A DNA stretch of 64,000 bases from positions 3,008,001 through 3,072,000 of the forward strand of contig OZ220733.1 of NCBI GenBank assembly GCA_965116875.1, in the 5' to 3' direction. The position numbers and the translations under genes are program-made. The notes under the pieces are model-generated. The model was not told the origin of the DNA, did not search any database, and saw nothing but the letters and a program-made list of their open reading frames with translations. Origin of the DNA: Candidatus Latescibacterota bacterium. Lineage in GTDB: Bacteria; Latescibacterota; UBA2968; GCA-2709665. Shown here piece after piece: positions 31,371 to 41,286 of this stretch (its first letter is position 1; each line of letters starts with the position of its first letter).

Positions 31371-31856
31371 TTGAGAATTCTGTTGAGTCTCGTCGTTATG
31401 TTGTTCGGTGTCTGGCTGCTCTGGTCGGGCCAATATTCAATCGAACGTACGCTGGTTCTTGTGCTGGGAATCGTATCATGCCTGGCGGTGGCAGGCATTG
31501 TCAGGCGGATGGGTATTGTCGATTCCGAGGGGCATCCCATCCATCTGGCAATACGCGCAATCGTGTACGTTCCGTGGTTGCTGCTTGCCATTCTCCGGTC
31601 CAATATCGACGTGGCATTGCGAATCCTGAATCCACGCCTCCCCGTCAGCCCCACCCTGATCCGTACCAGGGCCAGCCAGAAAACCGCGCTGGGGAAGGTC
31701 ATCTACGCCAACTCGATCACGCTCACTCCAGGGACGGTGTCGGTGGACGTGGAAGACGATCTTGTTCTGGTCCACGCGCTCTCGAGGGAGAGCGCGGAGG
31801 AACTCGCTGACGGTGAGATGGACCGGCGCGTCCGGGCGGTGGAGGGAGGGTCCTGA
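31371..31856 (+). CDS. mrpE: Mrp Na+/H+ antiporter subunit E
   Basis: SNIDVA, ANSITLTPGT and VHAL signature; RBS GGAGG, TTG start. Confidence 0.93.
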   Translation: MRILLSLVVMLFGVWLLWSGQYSIERTLVLVLGIVSCLAVAGIVRRMGIVDSEGHPIHLAIRAIVYVPWLLLAILRSNIDVALRILNPRLPVSPTLIRTRASQKTALGKVIYANSITLTPGTVSVDVEDDLVLVHALSRESAEELADGEMDRRVRAVEGGS

Positions 31857-32122
31857 TGTTTGCGGCGGCGATGGCAGCGATTCTGATCACGATGGTTCTG
31901 GCTCTGGTTCGGGCGTTCGCGGGCCCTACGGTTTACGACCGTATCCTCGCCGCGAATATGTTCGGGACCAAGATAATTCTTCTGATCGCGGTGCTGGGAT
32001 TTCTTACCGGCAGGCCGGACTTTCTCGACCTGGCGCTGATATACGTTCTGTTGAACTTCGTCGGCACGTTTGCCGTGCTCAAGTTCGTTCAGTACGGCAG
32101 CTTCGGGTCGACTGACGGTTAG
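31856..32122 (+). CDS. mrpF: Mrp antiporter subunit F
   Basis: GPTVYDRILA, DLAL; overlaps the mrpE stop. Confidence 0.93.
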   Translation: MFAAAMAAILITMVLALVRAFAGPTVYDRILAANMFGTKIILLIAVLGFLTGRPDFLDLALIYVLLNFVGTFAVLKFVQYGSFGSTDG

Positions 32123-32303
32123 AAGTTGTTTTAAAATTCCCGGTGAGTCCCGAGCGCGAGCGAAAATGTGTCGGTCAAGGCGGGCAAATTCGCCCATATT
32201 TGTCTATACGGGTGGATTTGACCAACGCAGACCGACGCGTTTGCAGCCGCGCGAAGACCGCTGGGGGTTTTGAGACAGCTTCTTAGAACGGAGAGTCCAC
32301 CAG

Positions 32304-32621
32304 ATGATGGTCAACGACGTGGCGAGTTGGGCGTGTCTGCTCCTGGGGTCGTTCTTCTGTATCGTGGGCGGTATCGGGCTGATCAGACTTCCCGATTTCT
32401 ACAGCCGCATGCACGGCGCCGGCATTACCGATACGCTCGGCGCCGGGCTTTTGCTCGTGGGGCTGATGCTGCAGGGCGGACTCAGCATGGTCACCGTCAA
32501 GCTGTTTCTGATCCTCGTGCTGGTTTTCCTGACCGGCCCCGCATCGACCCACGCGGTTGCAAAGGCCGCCTTCACTTCCGGGTTGAAGCCGGTACTTCGG
32601 GAGGACAACCACCAGCCATGA
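32304..32621 (+). CDS. mrpG: Mrp antiporter subunit G
   Basis: GLIRLPDFYSRMH, DTLG, P..THA. Confidence 0.93.
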   Translation: MMVNDVASWACLLLGSFFCIVGGIGLIRLPDFYSRMHGAGITDTLGAGLLLVGLMLQGGLSMVTVKLFLILVLVFLTGPASTHAVAKAAFTSGLKPVLREDNHQP

Positions 32622-33190
32622 TCGAACTCATCGACGTTGTTCTGCTGGCTTTCCTGGTTGCCACCGCCGTCGCCGTCGTTCTCATCCGCAACCTGCTCGC
32701 CTCCGTGATCCTGGCCGGAATCTTCAGCCTGCTTTCCGCGGGGTTGTTTACCGTGATGGACGCGGTCGACGTGGCTTTTACCGAAGCCGCCGTGGGAGCG
32801 GGCATCTCCACCGTACTGCTGCTGGGCACCCTCCTGCTGACAACACGGGTGGAGAAGAGGCCCGCCCGGGTGTCGCCGCTTCCCCTTCTCGCGGTCCTGG
32901 CGACCGGGGCGGTCCTGATCTACGGAACGCTGGACATGCCGCATTTCGGAGACGCCGGGGCGCCCGTCCATACCCATATCGCGCCGGAATACCTCAAGGA
33001 TTCCGTGCCGCACGTCGATGGCCCGGCGCAGCGCGTCGACGTTGAGAATATCGTGACTTCCGTCCTTGCCAGCTACAGAGGATACGATACGCTTGGAGAG
33101 ACCACCGTGATCTTTTGCGCGGGCATCGGGGTGCTGCTGCTGCTGAAGGGGTCACGACCGGGCCGCGGACGGGAGGAGGAAGGCCGGTGA
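32618..33190 (+). CDS. Mrp subunit B' (DUF4040 / MrpA C-terminal-like)
   Basis: DAVDVAFTEAAVGAG and NIVTSVLASYRGYDTLGE; ATG overlaps the mrpG stop. Confidence 0.88.
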   Translation: MIELIDVVLLAFLVATAVAVVLIRNLLASVILAGIFSLLSAGLFTVMDAVDVAFTEAAVGAGISTVLLLGTLLLTTRVEKRPARVSPLPLLAVLATGAVLIYGTLDMPHFGDAGAPVHTHIAPEYLKDSVPHVDGPAQRVDVENIVTSVLASYRGYDTLGETTVIFCAGIGVLLLLKGSRPGRGREEEGR

Positions 33191-33606
33191 AACATCAGAT
33201 CATACCCAGGGTCATCGCCAAGCTGTTCATACCGCTGATCCTTCTGTTTGCGCTATACGTCCAGTTTCACGGCGATTTCGGACCCGGTGGCGGGTTCCAG
33301 GCGGGTGTGATCTTTGCGGCGGGATTTGTGCTGTACACGCTGGTTTTCGGCCTGCACGAGGCGAAGCGCGTGGCCAGGCCCGCCGTCGTGGAAATCGTCA
33401 TTGCCCTTGGCCTGCTCCTGTATGCCGTCACCGGGGTCGCGGGGATCCTGAAGGGCGGCCGCTACCTGGAGTACTGCGTACTCGGAACGGATCCGGTGGG
33501 CGGTCAGCATCTGGGGATTCTGTTGATCGAACTGGGCGTGGGAATCACCGTGGCTTCGGTGATCATCGGGGTCTTCTTCGCCTTTGCCGGCAGGGCACGA
33601 TCATGA
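33187..33606 (+). CDS. mrpB: Mrp antiporter subunit B
   Basis: HGDFGPGGGFQAG and IELGVG; GTG overlaps the previous stop. Confidence 0.92.
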   Translation: MKHQIIPRVIAKLFIPLILLFALYVQFHGDFGPGGGFQAGVIFAAGFVLYTLVFGLHEAKRVARPAVVEIVIALGLLLYAVTGVAGILKGGRYLEYCVLGTDPVGGQHLGILLIELGVGITVASVIIGVFFAFAGRARS

Positions 33607-33962
33607 CCGCGTTCCCTGGTTTATATAACTATTGGATCGTTATCGTCCTGATGATGATCGGGTTCTACGCGGTGATCGCCAGCGGCAACCTGGTGAAGAA
33701 ACTGATCGGCCTGAATATCTTTCAGACGTCGGTCTTCCTGTTCTACATCAGCATGGGCAGAGTCTCCGGCGGAAGTGCGCCGATCGTCGCTGAGGGTGTG
33801 CAGAGCTATTCGAACCCGCTTCCGCATGTACTGATTCTGACGGCGATCGTCGTCGGGATCGCAACAACGTCTCTTGGCTTGGCGCTCGTGGTGCGCATAA
33901 AGGAAGCCTATGGCACAATAGAAGAACCGGAAATCTACGGTCAGGGTGAGGAGACGCCCTGA
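33603..33962 (+). CDS. mrpC: Mrp antiporter subunit C
   Basis: NLVKKLIGL and NPLPHVLILTAIVVG. Confidence 0.94.
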   Translation: MTAFPGLYNYWIVIVLMMIGFYAVIASGNLVKKLIGLNIFQTSVFLFYISMGRVSGGSAPIVAEGVQSYSNPLPHVLILTAIVVGIATTSLGLALVVRIKEAYGTIEEPEIYGQGEETP

Positions 33963-35479
33963 TGTCCGCTCATCTGCCCGCTCTTCAGATCGTGGTACCC
34001 CTCATTGCCGCCCCGGTCTGCCTGCTGCTCAGGCGAAGGATGCTGGCCTGGGCCTTCGCCACGGCTGTCGCATGGACCGTGCTAGGGATCGCCGCGCTGC
34101 TGCTTGTCAGGGTCCTGGCCGCCGGCACGATCTCATACGCGCTCGGAAGCTGGAGCGCCCCCTGGGGGATCGAGTATCGGATCGATGCGGTCAATGCGTT
34201 CGTCTTGCTCCTGGTGGCATCCATAGGCGCCGTTGTACTCGTTTACGCGCCTCACAGCGCGGCCCGGGAAATTCCGCACGACCGTCACTATCTGTTCTAC
34301 GCGGCATATCTCATGTGCCTGACGGGCCTGCTGGGCATCGCCATTACTGGCGACGCGTTCAACCTGTTCGTCTTCATCGAGATTGCCTCGCTTTCAACCT
34401 ACGCGCTGATCAGCCTTGGAGAAGACCGCCGCGCCCTGACGGCCGCATACCAGTACCTGGTGATGGGCACCGTGGGGGCGACGTTCATACTGATCGGAGT
34501 GGGGTTCCTGTACATGGCGACGGGGACCCTGAATATGGCGGACCTCGCGGTCCGTCTGGGCCCGGTCCTGGGCACCCGCACGGTGCTGGCGGCGTTCGCG
34601 TTTCTCAGCGTGGGCCTGTGCCTGAAACTGGCCCTGTTTCCCCTCCACATGTGGCTGCCCAACGCGTATTGTTATGCGCCATCGATGGTGACGTCCTTTC
34701 TTGCGGCAACGGCCACCAAGGTCTCCATCTATGTCCTCCTCCGGTTCATCTTCACCGTGTTCGGACCCCGATTCGCATTCGATACAATCGGGATCCAGGT
34801 CGTGCTGTTGCCGCTTTCGCTCCTGGGTATCTTCGCGGCCTCAACGGTGGCCGTCTTCCAGACGAACGTCAAGCGCATGCTCGCCTGGTCCAGCGTCGCA
34901 CAGGTCGGATACATGATGCTGGGCGTCGGCCTTGTGTCGGTCAGCGGCAGCGGTCCGGATCTCCGGTTCGGGCCGGGGTCGTTGAACGGGCTGACGGCGG
35001 GAATCGTCCACCTCTTCAACCACGCCGTGATGAAGGGTGCGCTGTTCCTTGGCATGGGTTGTATCGCCCTCCGCGTGGGCTCCGTGCAACTGGACGACAT
35101 GCAGGGTCTCGGACGCCGCATGCCGGTGACGATGGCCGCTTTTGTACTCGGGGGCCTCAGTCTGATCGGCGTGCCTCTCACGGTGGGATTCATCAGCAAA
35201 TGGTACCTGGTTCTGGCGGCCCTGGAAAAGGGCTGGTGGCCGGTTGCGGTTCTGGTCCTGCTGGGTTCTCTGCTGGCGGTCGTCTACATATGGCGCGTGG
35301 TTGAAGTCGCCTACTTCCGCAAGCCCCCGGTTCCAACCGGTGTAGACGAGGCGCCGATGCTGATGCACGTCCCGATGTGGATCCTGATTGCGGCCACCCT
35401 CTACTTTGGATTCTCTACGTCCTTCACAGTGGGCGTTGCCCGGCAGGCCGCCGGATGGCTTCTGGGAGTCGCGCCATGA
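33962..35479 (+). CDS. mrpD: Mrp antiporter subunit D (copy 1)
   Basis: W.APWGI, GDAFNLFVFIE, LKLALFPLH.WLP, TKV, GFISKW. Confidence 0.92.
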   Translation: MSAHLPALQIVVPLIAAPVCLLLRRRMLAWAFATAVAWTVLGIAALLLVRVLAAGTISYALGSWSAPWGIEYRIDAVNAFVLLLVASIGAVVLVYAPHSAAREIPHDRHYLFYAAYLMCLTGLLGIAITGDAFNLFVFIEIASLSTYALISLGEDRRALTAAYQYLVMGTVGATFILIGVGFLYMATGTLNMADLAVRLGPVLGTRTVLAAFAFLSVGLCLKLALFPLHMWLPNAYCYAPSMVTSFLAATATKVSIYVLLRFIFTVFGPRFAFDTIGIQVVLLPLSLLGIFAASTVAVFQTNVKRMLAWSSVAQVGYMMLGVGLVSVSGSGPDLRFGPGSLNGLTAGIVHLFNHAVMKGALFLGMGCIALRVGSVQLDDMQGLGRRMPVTMAAFVLGGLSLIGVPLTVGFISKWYLVLAALEKGWWPVAVLVLLGSLLAVVYIWRVVEVAYFRKPPVPTGVDEAPMLMHVPMWILIAATLYFGFSTSFTVGVARQAAGWLLGVAP

Positions 35480-36942
35480 CCGCTTCGGACGCCACGCTGC
35501 TTGCCGTTGTGCTCCCTCTGCTCGGCGCCCCGCTGATCGGGCTGCTGGGGCACAGGCCCAATCTGCGCGAGACGGCCACGCTGGTCACCGGCGGCGCGCT
35601 GTTTTCCGTGGTGCTCTCACTGGTTCCGGAGATCCTCTCGGGTTCGAGACCCGGCATACAGATTCTCGAGGTGATGCCGGGACTGGCGCTGGCCTTCGAA
35701 GTCGAACCGCTGGGCATGCTCTTCGGGCTGATCGCCTCGGGACTCTGGATCCTGACGTCTCTGTATTCCATCGGGTACATGCGCGGCCACCACGAATCCA
35801 ACCAGACCGTCTTTTACGTCTTCTTCGCGGTGGCCATTTCGGGCGCGCTGGGCGTCGCATTCGCGCGAAATCTGTTCACGCTGTTTATCTTCTACGAAGT
35901 GCTCACCCTGTCCACCTATCCGCTGGTCACCCACCATCGGACCGGGGAAGCGCTCCGGTCGGGCAGGATCTACATGGGCATACTGCTCGGCACCTCGGTC
36001 GGGCTGATGCTGATGGCAGTGGTGTGGACGTGGCACCTGACGGGCACCCTGGAATTCGTACCCGGCGGAATCCTCGCGGGCAAGGCGAGTCCCGCCGTGG
36101 TGGGCGTACTGCTGGCGCTCTACGCGTTCGGTACCGGCAAGGCGGCGCTGATGCCTTTTCACAAATGGCTGCCCGCGGCGATGGTTGCGCCCACGCCCGT
36201 GAGCGCGCTGCTGCACGCGGTGGCCGTGGTCAAGGCGGGCGTGTTCACGGTGATGAAGATTGTGGTCTACATCTTCGGCATCGACCTGCTCGCGGACACC
36301 GGCATGAGCCTCTGGCTGGCCTACGTCGCCGCGGCAACCCTGCTGATCGCGTCCCTGGTTGCATTGACCAAAGACAATCTCAAGGCGCGTCTCGCCTATT
36401 CCACGGTCAGCCAGTTGTCCTACGTGGTACTCGGCGCGGCTCTTGCCAATTCCTGGGGGATTGTCGGCGGCTCCATGCATATTGCGATGCATGCCTTCGG
36501 AAAGATCACGCTGTTCTTCTGCGCCGGCGCAATCATGGTGGCCGCGCACAAAACGGAAATCAGCGACATGGCGGGTATCGGGAAGACGATGCCGGTTACG
36601 ATGTTCGCATTTTTCGTGGGATCGCTCAGCGTGATCGGCCTGCCCCCGCTCGGCGGTTCGTGGAGCAAGTGGTACCTGGCGTTGGGTGCGGCGGATGCGG
36701 ACCGGATCATTTTCGTGGCCGTATTGCTGATCAGTTCGCTCCTGAACGTCGCGTACCTGATGCCGATCGTCGCGCGCGCATTTTTCGTGGCGCCCTCCCA
36801 GGCGCCATCCAACCCGTCCGGCATCCGGGAAGCCCCGGCGTTCTGTGTGGTTCCCCTGTGTCTGACGGCGCTCGGGTGCCTGGTCCTCTTCTTCTGCGCC
36901 GAAGAGATCTACCGGCTTCTGGCGCCCATAGCAGTTCGTTGA
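35476..36942 (+). CDS. mrpD: Mrp antiporter subunit D-like (copy 2)
   Basis: FYEVLT, GKAALMPFHKWLPAAMVAPTPVSALLHAVAVVKAG, WSKW. Confidence 0.9.
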   Translation: MTASDATLLAVVLPLLGAPLIGLLGHRPNLRETATLVTGGALFSVVLSLVPEILSGSRPGIQILEVMPGLALAFEVEPLGMLFGLIASGLWILTSLYSIGYMRGHHESNQTVFYVFFAVAISGALGVAFARNLFTLFIFYEVLTLSTYPLVTHHRTGEALRSGRIYMGILLGTSVGLMLMAVVWTWHLTGTLEFVPGGILAGKASPAVVGVLLALYAFGTGKAALMPFHKWLPAAMVAPTPVSALLHAVAVVKAGVFTVMKIVVYIFGIDLLADTGMSLWLAYVAAATLLIASLVALTKDNLKARLAYSTVSQLSYVVLGAALANSWGIVGGSMHIAMHAFGKITLFFCAGAIMVAAHKTEISDMAGIGKTMPVTMFAFFVGSLSVIGLPPLGGSWSKWYLALGAADADRIIFVAVLLISSLLNVAYLMPIVARAFFVAPSQAPSNPSGIREAPAFCVVPLCLTALGCLVLFFCAEEIYRLLAPIAVR

Positions 36943-36966
36943 GAACGTCGTTCTGAAGGCGAGACC

Positions 36967-37212
36967 ATGGAAGAACACGGAAAGAAACGGTCGAACAAAG
37001 CCGGGAACGCGAAGGCAATCCACCGGGCGCTCTATGCGGTCTGCGCCCTTCTGCTGGCGGTGGATCTTGTCATGGTCAGACACGGCCATTTCACGGCAGA
37101 GGAGTGGTTGGGCTTTTACGGGTGGTACGGGTTTGCGGCCTGTGTGGCGTTCGTTCTGATCGCCAGGGGGCTGCGAGTCGTACTGGGACGCAAGGAAGAG
37201 TATTATGATTGA
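36967..37212 (+). CDS. Small 2-TM membrane protein within the mrp cluster
   Basis: 81 aa, two hydrophobic segments (GFYGWYGF..C), ends R.EEYYD; overlaps the next gene. Confidence 0.75.
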   Translation: MEEHGKKRSNKAGNAKAIHRALYAVCALLLAVDLVMVRHGHFTAEEWLGFYGWYGFAACVAFVLIARGLRVVLGRKEEYYD

Positions 37213-38893
37213 CCCGTTTCCGCCGTCACTGATCCTGATTGCAGGGTCGCTGCTGATACCGGTCCTGCGGGGACGCCTGCAATCGGCCTATATGCTGCTG
37301 CTTCCGGTTGCCGGGCTTGCCCATCTGATCGGACTCAGCCCGGGTGAATACTGGAAGATCGGGGTCTTCGACTATTCCATTACGCTGGTTCGCATTGACA
37401 GGCTCAGCCTGGTTTTCGGCTATGTCTTCCATATCGCCGCCCTGCTGAGCGTCATCTATGCGCTCCACGTGAAGGACAATGCGCAGCACGTCGCGGGTCT
37501 GTTCTACGCGGGCAGCGCCGTTGGCGCCCTCTTCGCGGGCGACCTGATCACCCTGTTCGTCTTCTGGGAACTGACGGCAATCTCGTCCGTATTTCTGATC
37601 TGGAGCCGCCGCACCGACCGCGCCTACGCCGCGGGAATGCGCTACCTCATCGTACAGGTCTGCTCGGGAATGGTTCTGCTGGCGGGCATTCTCATTCATC
37701 TGCGTGAGACGGGGTCGATCGCATTTACGGAGTTGGGGCTGAATGGCCTGGGTACGACGCTTGTCTTCATCGCTTTTGGAATCAAATGCGCGTTTCCGCT
37801 TCTTCACAACTGGCTGTCGGACGCCTATCCGGAGGCGACGGTAACCGGTACCGTGTTCCTGAGCGCTTTCACGACCAAGCTGGCGGTCTATGCGCTTGCC
37901 CGGGGCTTTCCGGGTACCGAGATCCTCATCCCGATCGGCGCGGTGATGACCCTGTTTCCCATGTTTTACGCGATCCTCGAGAATGACCTCAGACGGGTGC
38001 TGACCTACAGCCTGAACATCCAGCTGGGATTCATGGTTGTCGGCATTGGAATCGGAACCCAGATGTCTCTGAACGGAACGGCCGCCCACGCAGCCACCCA
38101 CGTCATTTACAAAGCCTTGCTGTTTATGTCGATGGGCGCGGTGCTTTATCGAACGGGTACGGCCAGGGCTTCGGAACTGGGCGGACTCTACAGGTCCATG
38201 CCTCTGACGGCGGCTTTCTGCATCATCGGCGCGGCGTCGATTTCCGCCGTTCCCTTCTTCAACGGTTTCGTCAGCAAATCATTTGTCCTCGGCGCCGTGG
38301 CCAATGGACACTACGTCCTGACCTGGCTGGCGTTGTTGTTCGCTTCGGCGGGCGTGTTGCTATATACGGGCATCAGGGTCCCCTACCTTGCCTTCTTTTC
38401 GGAGGATTCGGGGATCCGCTGCAGGGAGGCGCCTCTGAACATGCGCGTCGCCATGGGCGCGGCGGCCGGCCTGTGCGTCCTGATCGGCGTCTATCCGAAA
38501 CCACTCTACGCTGTTTTACCGTTTGCCGTCAATTACGAACCCTATACGGCGGAACACCTGGTTACCCAGTTCCAACTGTTGTTCTTCGCCGCGCTGGCCT
38601 TCGTTGTGATGAAGCGGACCGGCGTTTATCCGTCCGTCCTGCGGTCCGTAAACCTGGACGCCGACTGGGTGTATCGACGGCTGCTTCCCGGTATCGTCCG
38701 GACTGTGGCGCGGGTGGGTGGTTCCGCCGGAGGTTCGATCCTGGAGGGCGGAAAGGCGCTGGTCTCGGCGGCCGTTTCCGGCTGCCGTCAATACCACGGT
38801 CCCCAGGGCATTCTGGGTCGATCCTGGACGACGGGTACTGCCGTGTTGATCGTGACGATCTCTCTGGCCGCGTTCATGATCTTCTGCTTCTGA
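37205..38893 (+). CDS. mrpD: Mrp antiporter subunit D/A-like (copy 3) with C-terminal lateral helix
   Basis: FWELTA, GIKCAFPLLH.WL.DAYPE, TTKLA, NGFVSK; amphipathic tail plus terminal TM helix. Confidence 0.9.
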   Translation: MIDPFPPSLILIAGSLLIPVLRGRLQSAYMLLLPVAGLAHLIGLSPGEYWKIGVFDYSITLVRIDRLSLVFGYVFHIAALLSVIYALHVKDNAQHVAGLFYAGSAVGALFAGDLITLFVFWELTAISSVFLIWSRRTDRAYAAGMRYLIVQVCSGMVLLAGILIHLRETGSIAFTELGLNGLGTTLVFIAFGIKCAFPLLHNWLSDAYPEATVTGTVFLSAFTTKLAVYALARGFPGTEILIPIGAVMTLFPMFYAILENDLRRVLTYSLNIQLGFMVVGIGIGTQMSLNGTAAHAATHVIYKALLFMSMGAVLYRTGTARASELGGLYRSMPLTAAFCIIGAASISAVPFFNGFVSKSFVLGAVANGHYVLTWLALLFASAGVLLYTGIRVPYLAFFSEDSGIRCREAPLNMRVAMGAAAGLCVLIGVYPKPLYAVLPFAVNYEPYTAEHLVTQFQLLFFAALAFVVMKRTGVYPSVLRSVNLDADWVYRRLLPGIVRTVARVGGSAGGSILEGGKALVSAAVSGCRQYHGPQGILGRSWTTGTAVLIVTISLAAFMIFCF

Positions 38894-39018
38894 TGCCAGA
38901 GAACGCCAAGTATTATGTAAGTAGCATAAAAACAATTATCTGTAGGTATTCTCCGGCCCGCGAAACCACTTTGCCATTCCGCAATTTCCCGCCAGCGCGC
39001 CATTTTCTAACTTTAGGC

Positions 39019-39048
39019 TTGACTTTTTTATCGCATCCCCGTTAATTA
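39019..39048 (+). promoter_or_regulatory. Possible internal promoter upstream of nuoN
   Basis: TTGACT followed after 17-18 nt by a weak AT-rich -10 (TTAATT/TAATTA) in a 190-bp AT-rich gap. Confidence 0.35.
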
Positions 39049-39082
39049 ATGCCGCTAATAATTATCGCCGAGGACCAATGCG

Positions 39083-40531
39083 TTGCCTGACCTGAACTGG
39101 ACTGTACTCGTTCCCTCGCTGATTGTCGCGTCAAGTGCGCTGCTGATCCTGTGCATCGACATCGTCAGGCCGGCAAATCGGGGTGTGGGAGCCGCATACG
39201 CGGCCATCATCGGAACGGGCCTGGCGGCGGTCGCCTGCGCGGGTCTCTGGGGGAGGTCCGAACAGGCCTTCGGCGGGATGCTCGCGCTGGACAATTTTGC
39301 GCTCTTTTCCAACATCATATTTACGGTTGGCACTGCGCTGACCATTTTTATCTCCACGGGGTACCTGAGGCGGGAACAGGGCAACCGCAGCGAGTACTAT
39401 CTGCTGCTGCTGACAGCCACCCTGGGCATGATGCTCATGGCCGCGGGGACGGACCTGATCGTGATCTTCCTCGGGTTGGAGCTGATGTCTCTGTCGCTCT
39501 ATATCCTGGTTGGATTCCTCAGTTCGCGTTCCGTCTCCAATGAAGCCTCCCTGAAATATCTTCTGCTCGGCGCGTTTGCGACCGGGTTTCTGCTTTACGG
39601 GATTGCCCTGATCTACGGATCGACCGGCTCCACCAGCCTCCAGCAGGTCGGCGCAATGCTGTTGCGGCGGGTGGACGGCGGCGGGCTGATGCTATATGCC
39701 GGCATGGTATTGCTGGTCGTGGGCTTCGCGTTCAAGGTGGCGGCGGTCCCGTTCCATATGTGGGCGCCCGACGTCTACGAAGGCGCGCCCGCATCGGTTA
39801 CGGCCTTTCTCTCGGCCGGGCCCAAGGCGGCGGCCTTTGTCGCGTTCCTGCGCGTGCTGATGGTATCTCTGGAATCGTTGAAGACGGAATGGACGGCGGT
39901 GCTTTGGATCCTGGCGGCGTTGACCATGACCGTAGGCAACCTGAGCGCGCTGGGGCAACGCAGCATAAAGCGAATGCTGGCCTATTCCAGCGTTGCGCAT
40001 GCCGGTTACGTCCTGGTTGCACTCACCGCGGCCAGCGGCAAGGGGATTTCCGCCGCGCTGTTCTATTTGCTTGCGTACACGTTTATGAATATCGGGGCGT
40101 TCGCGGTCGTGATTCTGGTTGCGAGGAAGGGCGAAGAGAACGTCGACATATCGGATTACGCGGGGCTGGGTTTCAAACATCCTGTCCTCGGGCTGACGAT
40201 GACGCTGTTTATGCTCTCGCTGGCGGGTCTCCCTCCTACTGCCGGATTCTTCGGGAAGTTCTACATATTCCGGGCGGCAATCGACGCCGGTCTTGTCTCG
40301 CTTACCATTATCGGCGTACTGAACAGCCTGGTTTCGGTTTATTTCTATCTGGGGGTCGTCGTCAGTATGTATATGAAACAGCCCGCCGACGAAAAGCCGG
40401 TGGGCGCATTTCCACCTCTGGCACGAACGGCGCTCCTGGTCACGTCCCTTGCAACCCTCTATATTGGCCTCGCTCCCTCGCGGTTTCTGGAATTGGCCAT
40501 GCAGACGGTAGACAACCTCATTGGAACATAA
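39083..40531 (+). CDS. nuoN: NADH-quinone oxidoreductase subunit N
   Basis: GLELMS, EASLKY, FKVAAVPFHMWAPDVYEGAP, KRMLAYSS, GFFGKF. Confidence 0.96.
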   Translation: MPDLNWTVLVPSLIVASSALLILCIDIVRPANRGVGAAYAAIIGTGLAAVACAGLWGRSEQAFGGMLALDNFALFSNIIFTVGTALTIFISTGYLRREQGNRSEYYLLLLTATLGMMLMAAGTDLIVIFLGLELMSLSLYILVGFLSSRSVSNEASLKYLLLGAFATGFLLYGIALIYGSTGSTSLQQVGAMLLRRVDGGGLMLYAGMVLLVVGFAFKVAAVPFHMWAPDVYEGAPASVTAFLSAGPKAAAFVAFLRVLMVSLESLKTEWTAVLWILAALTMTVGNLSALGQRSIKRMLAYSSVAHAGYVLVALTAASGKGISAALFYLLAYTFMNIGAFAVVILVARKGEENVDISDYAGLGFKHPVLGLTMTLFMLSLAGLPPTAGFFGKFYIFRAAIDAGLVSLTIIGVLNSLVSVYFYLGVVVSMYMKQPADEKPVGAFPPLARTALLVTSLATLYIGLAPSRFLELAMQTVDNLIGT

Positions 40532-40605
40532 CCCTCCTCGAGACTTGCTGTGTACGAGGAGTTTTCAGCGCAGATACCCTTCTGTCCGTAACAGTCCGTT
40601 GAGCG

Positions 40606-40857
40606 ATGGCGGAGGAGAAGAAACAAACGGGGCTGGCCGCAGCCTACCGGAAAGCCGGTCCGTATCTGAACCTGGGAATCGAGTTTGCGGCGTCATTCAT
40701 TCTCTGCCTGTTTGCCGGAAAATGGCTGGACGGCAAACTCGGTACGGCCCCCTATCTGATGTTGGCGGGATTGGCTCTGGGAATCACCGTCGGCTTTCTG
40801 AACCTGTACAGAACGGCGATGCGACTCCAGGAACGCGAAAAGCAGGACCGGAGTTAA
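40606..40857 (+). CDS. AtpZ/AtpI-family (gene 1) protein
   Basis: LGIEFAA, GKWLDGKLGTAP, two TM helices; first gene of the atp operon. Confidence 0.88.
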   Translation: MAEEKKQTGLAAAYRKAGPYLNLGIEFAASFILCLFAGKWLDGKLGTAPYLMLAGLALGITVGFLNLYRTAMRLQEREKQDRS

Positions 40858-40877
40858 GCGCCGTCCGGAGGTGAAAC

Positions 40878-41270
40878 GTGCAAACCGAATTCCTCCGATT
40901 TGCCGGACAGGTCGGAATTGTCCTGACCGCGGCGGCAATCCTGGGCGGATACCCGCTTTACGTCTACTGGGGCGTTGAAATGGTCCGGGCGGCAGCCGTG
41001 GGGTGTGGGATCGGCGCACTGAACGCGCTGGCCGGGGGGCTTTCGGCCATCTGGTCGTTCGACCGGCCGCAGGCGGTCTTTCTGAAGGCGTTGTTGGGCG
41101 GTATGATCGTTCGGATGCTGGTCATCTGCGTTGGCCTGGTGCTGTTGATCAAATTCACGGCGTTGTCGGTTTACGGTCTGGTTTTCTCTCTCTTTTTGTC
41201 CTATCTGCTCTTTCAGATTCTGGAAATCCGGTACTTCGTGAGGCGCGCCGCGGTTCGGCGGGTTTCATAG
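40878..41270 (+). CDS. atpI: ATP synthase protein I-like membrane protein
   Basis: Four hydrophobic segments, GM.VR motif; immediately before atpB. Confidence 0.7.
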   Translation: MQTEFLRFAGQVGIVLTAAAILGGYPLYVYWGVEMVRAAAVGCGIGALNALAGGLSAIWSFDRPQAVFLKALLGGMIVRMLVICVGLVLLIKFTALSVYGLVFSLFLSYLLFQILEIRYFVRRAAVRRVS

Positions 41271-41286
41271 GCAGGGGCTTGATTCT

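Noticed and set aside
27925-40531. Single hybrid complex I with extra Mrp-derived pumps inserted between NuoM and NuoN
   Set aside because: The NuoL lateral helix is normal length (~56 aa, KWYVDE to QSG), without the insertion seen in complexes with an extra pump, and the Mrp set is complete on its own. Two separate complexes are more likely.
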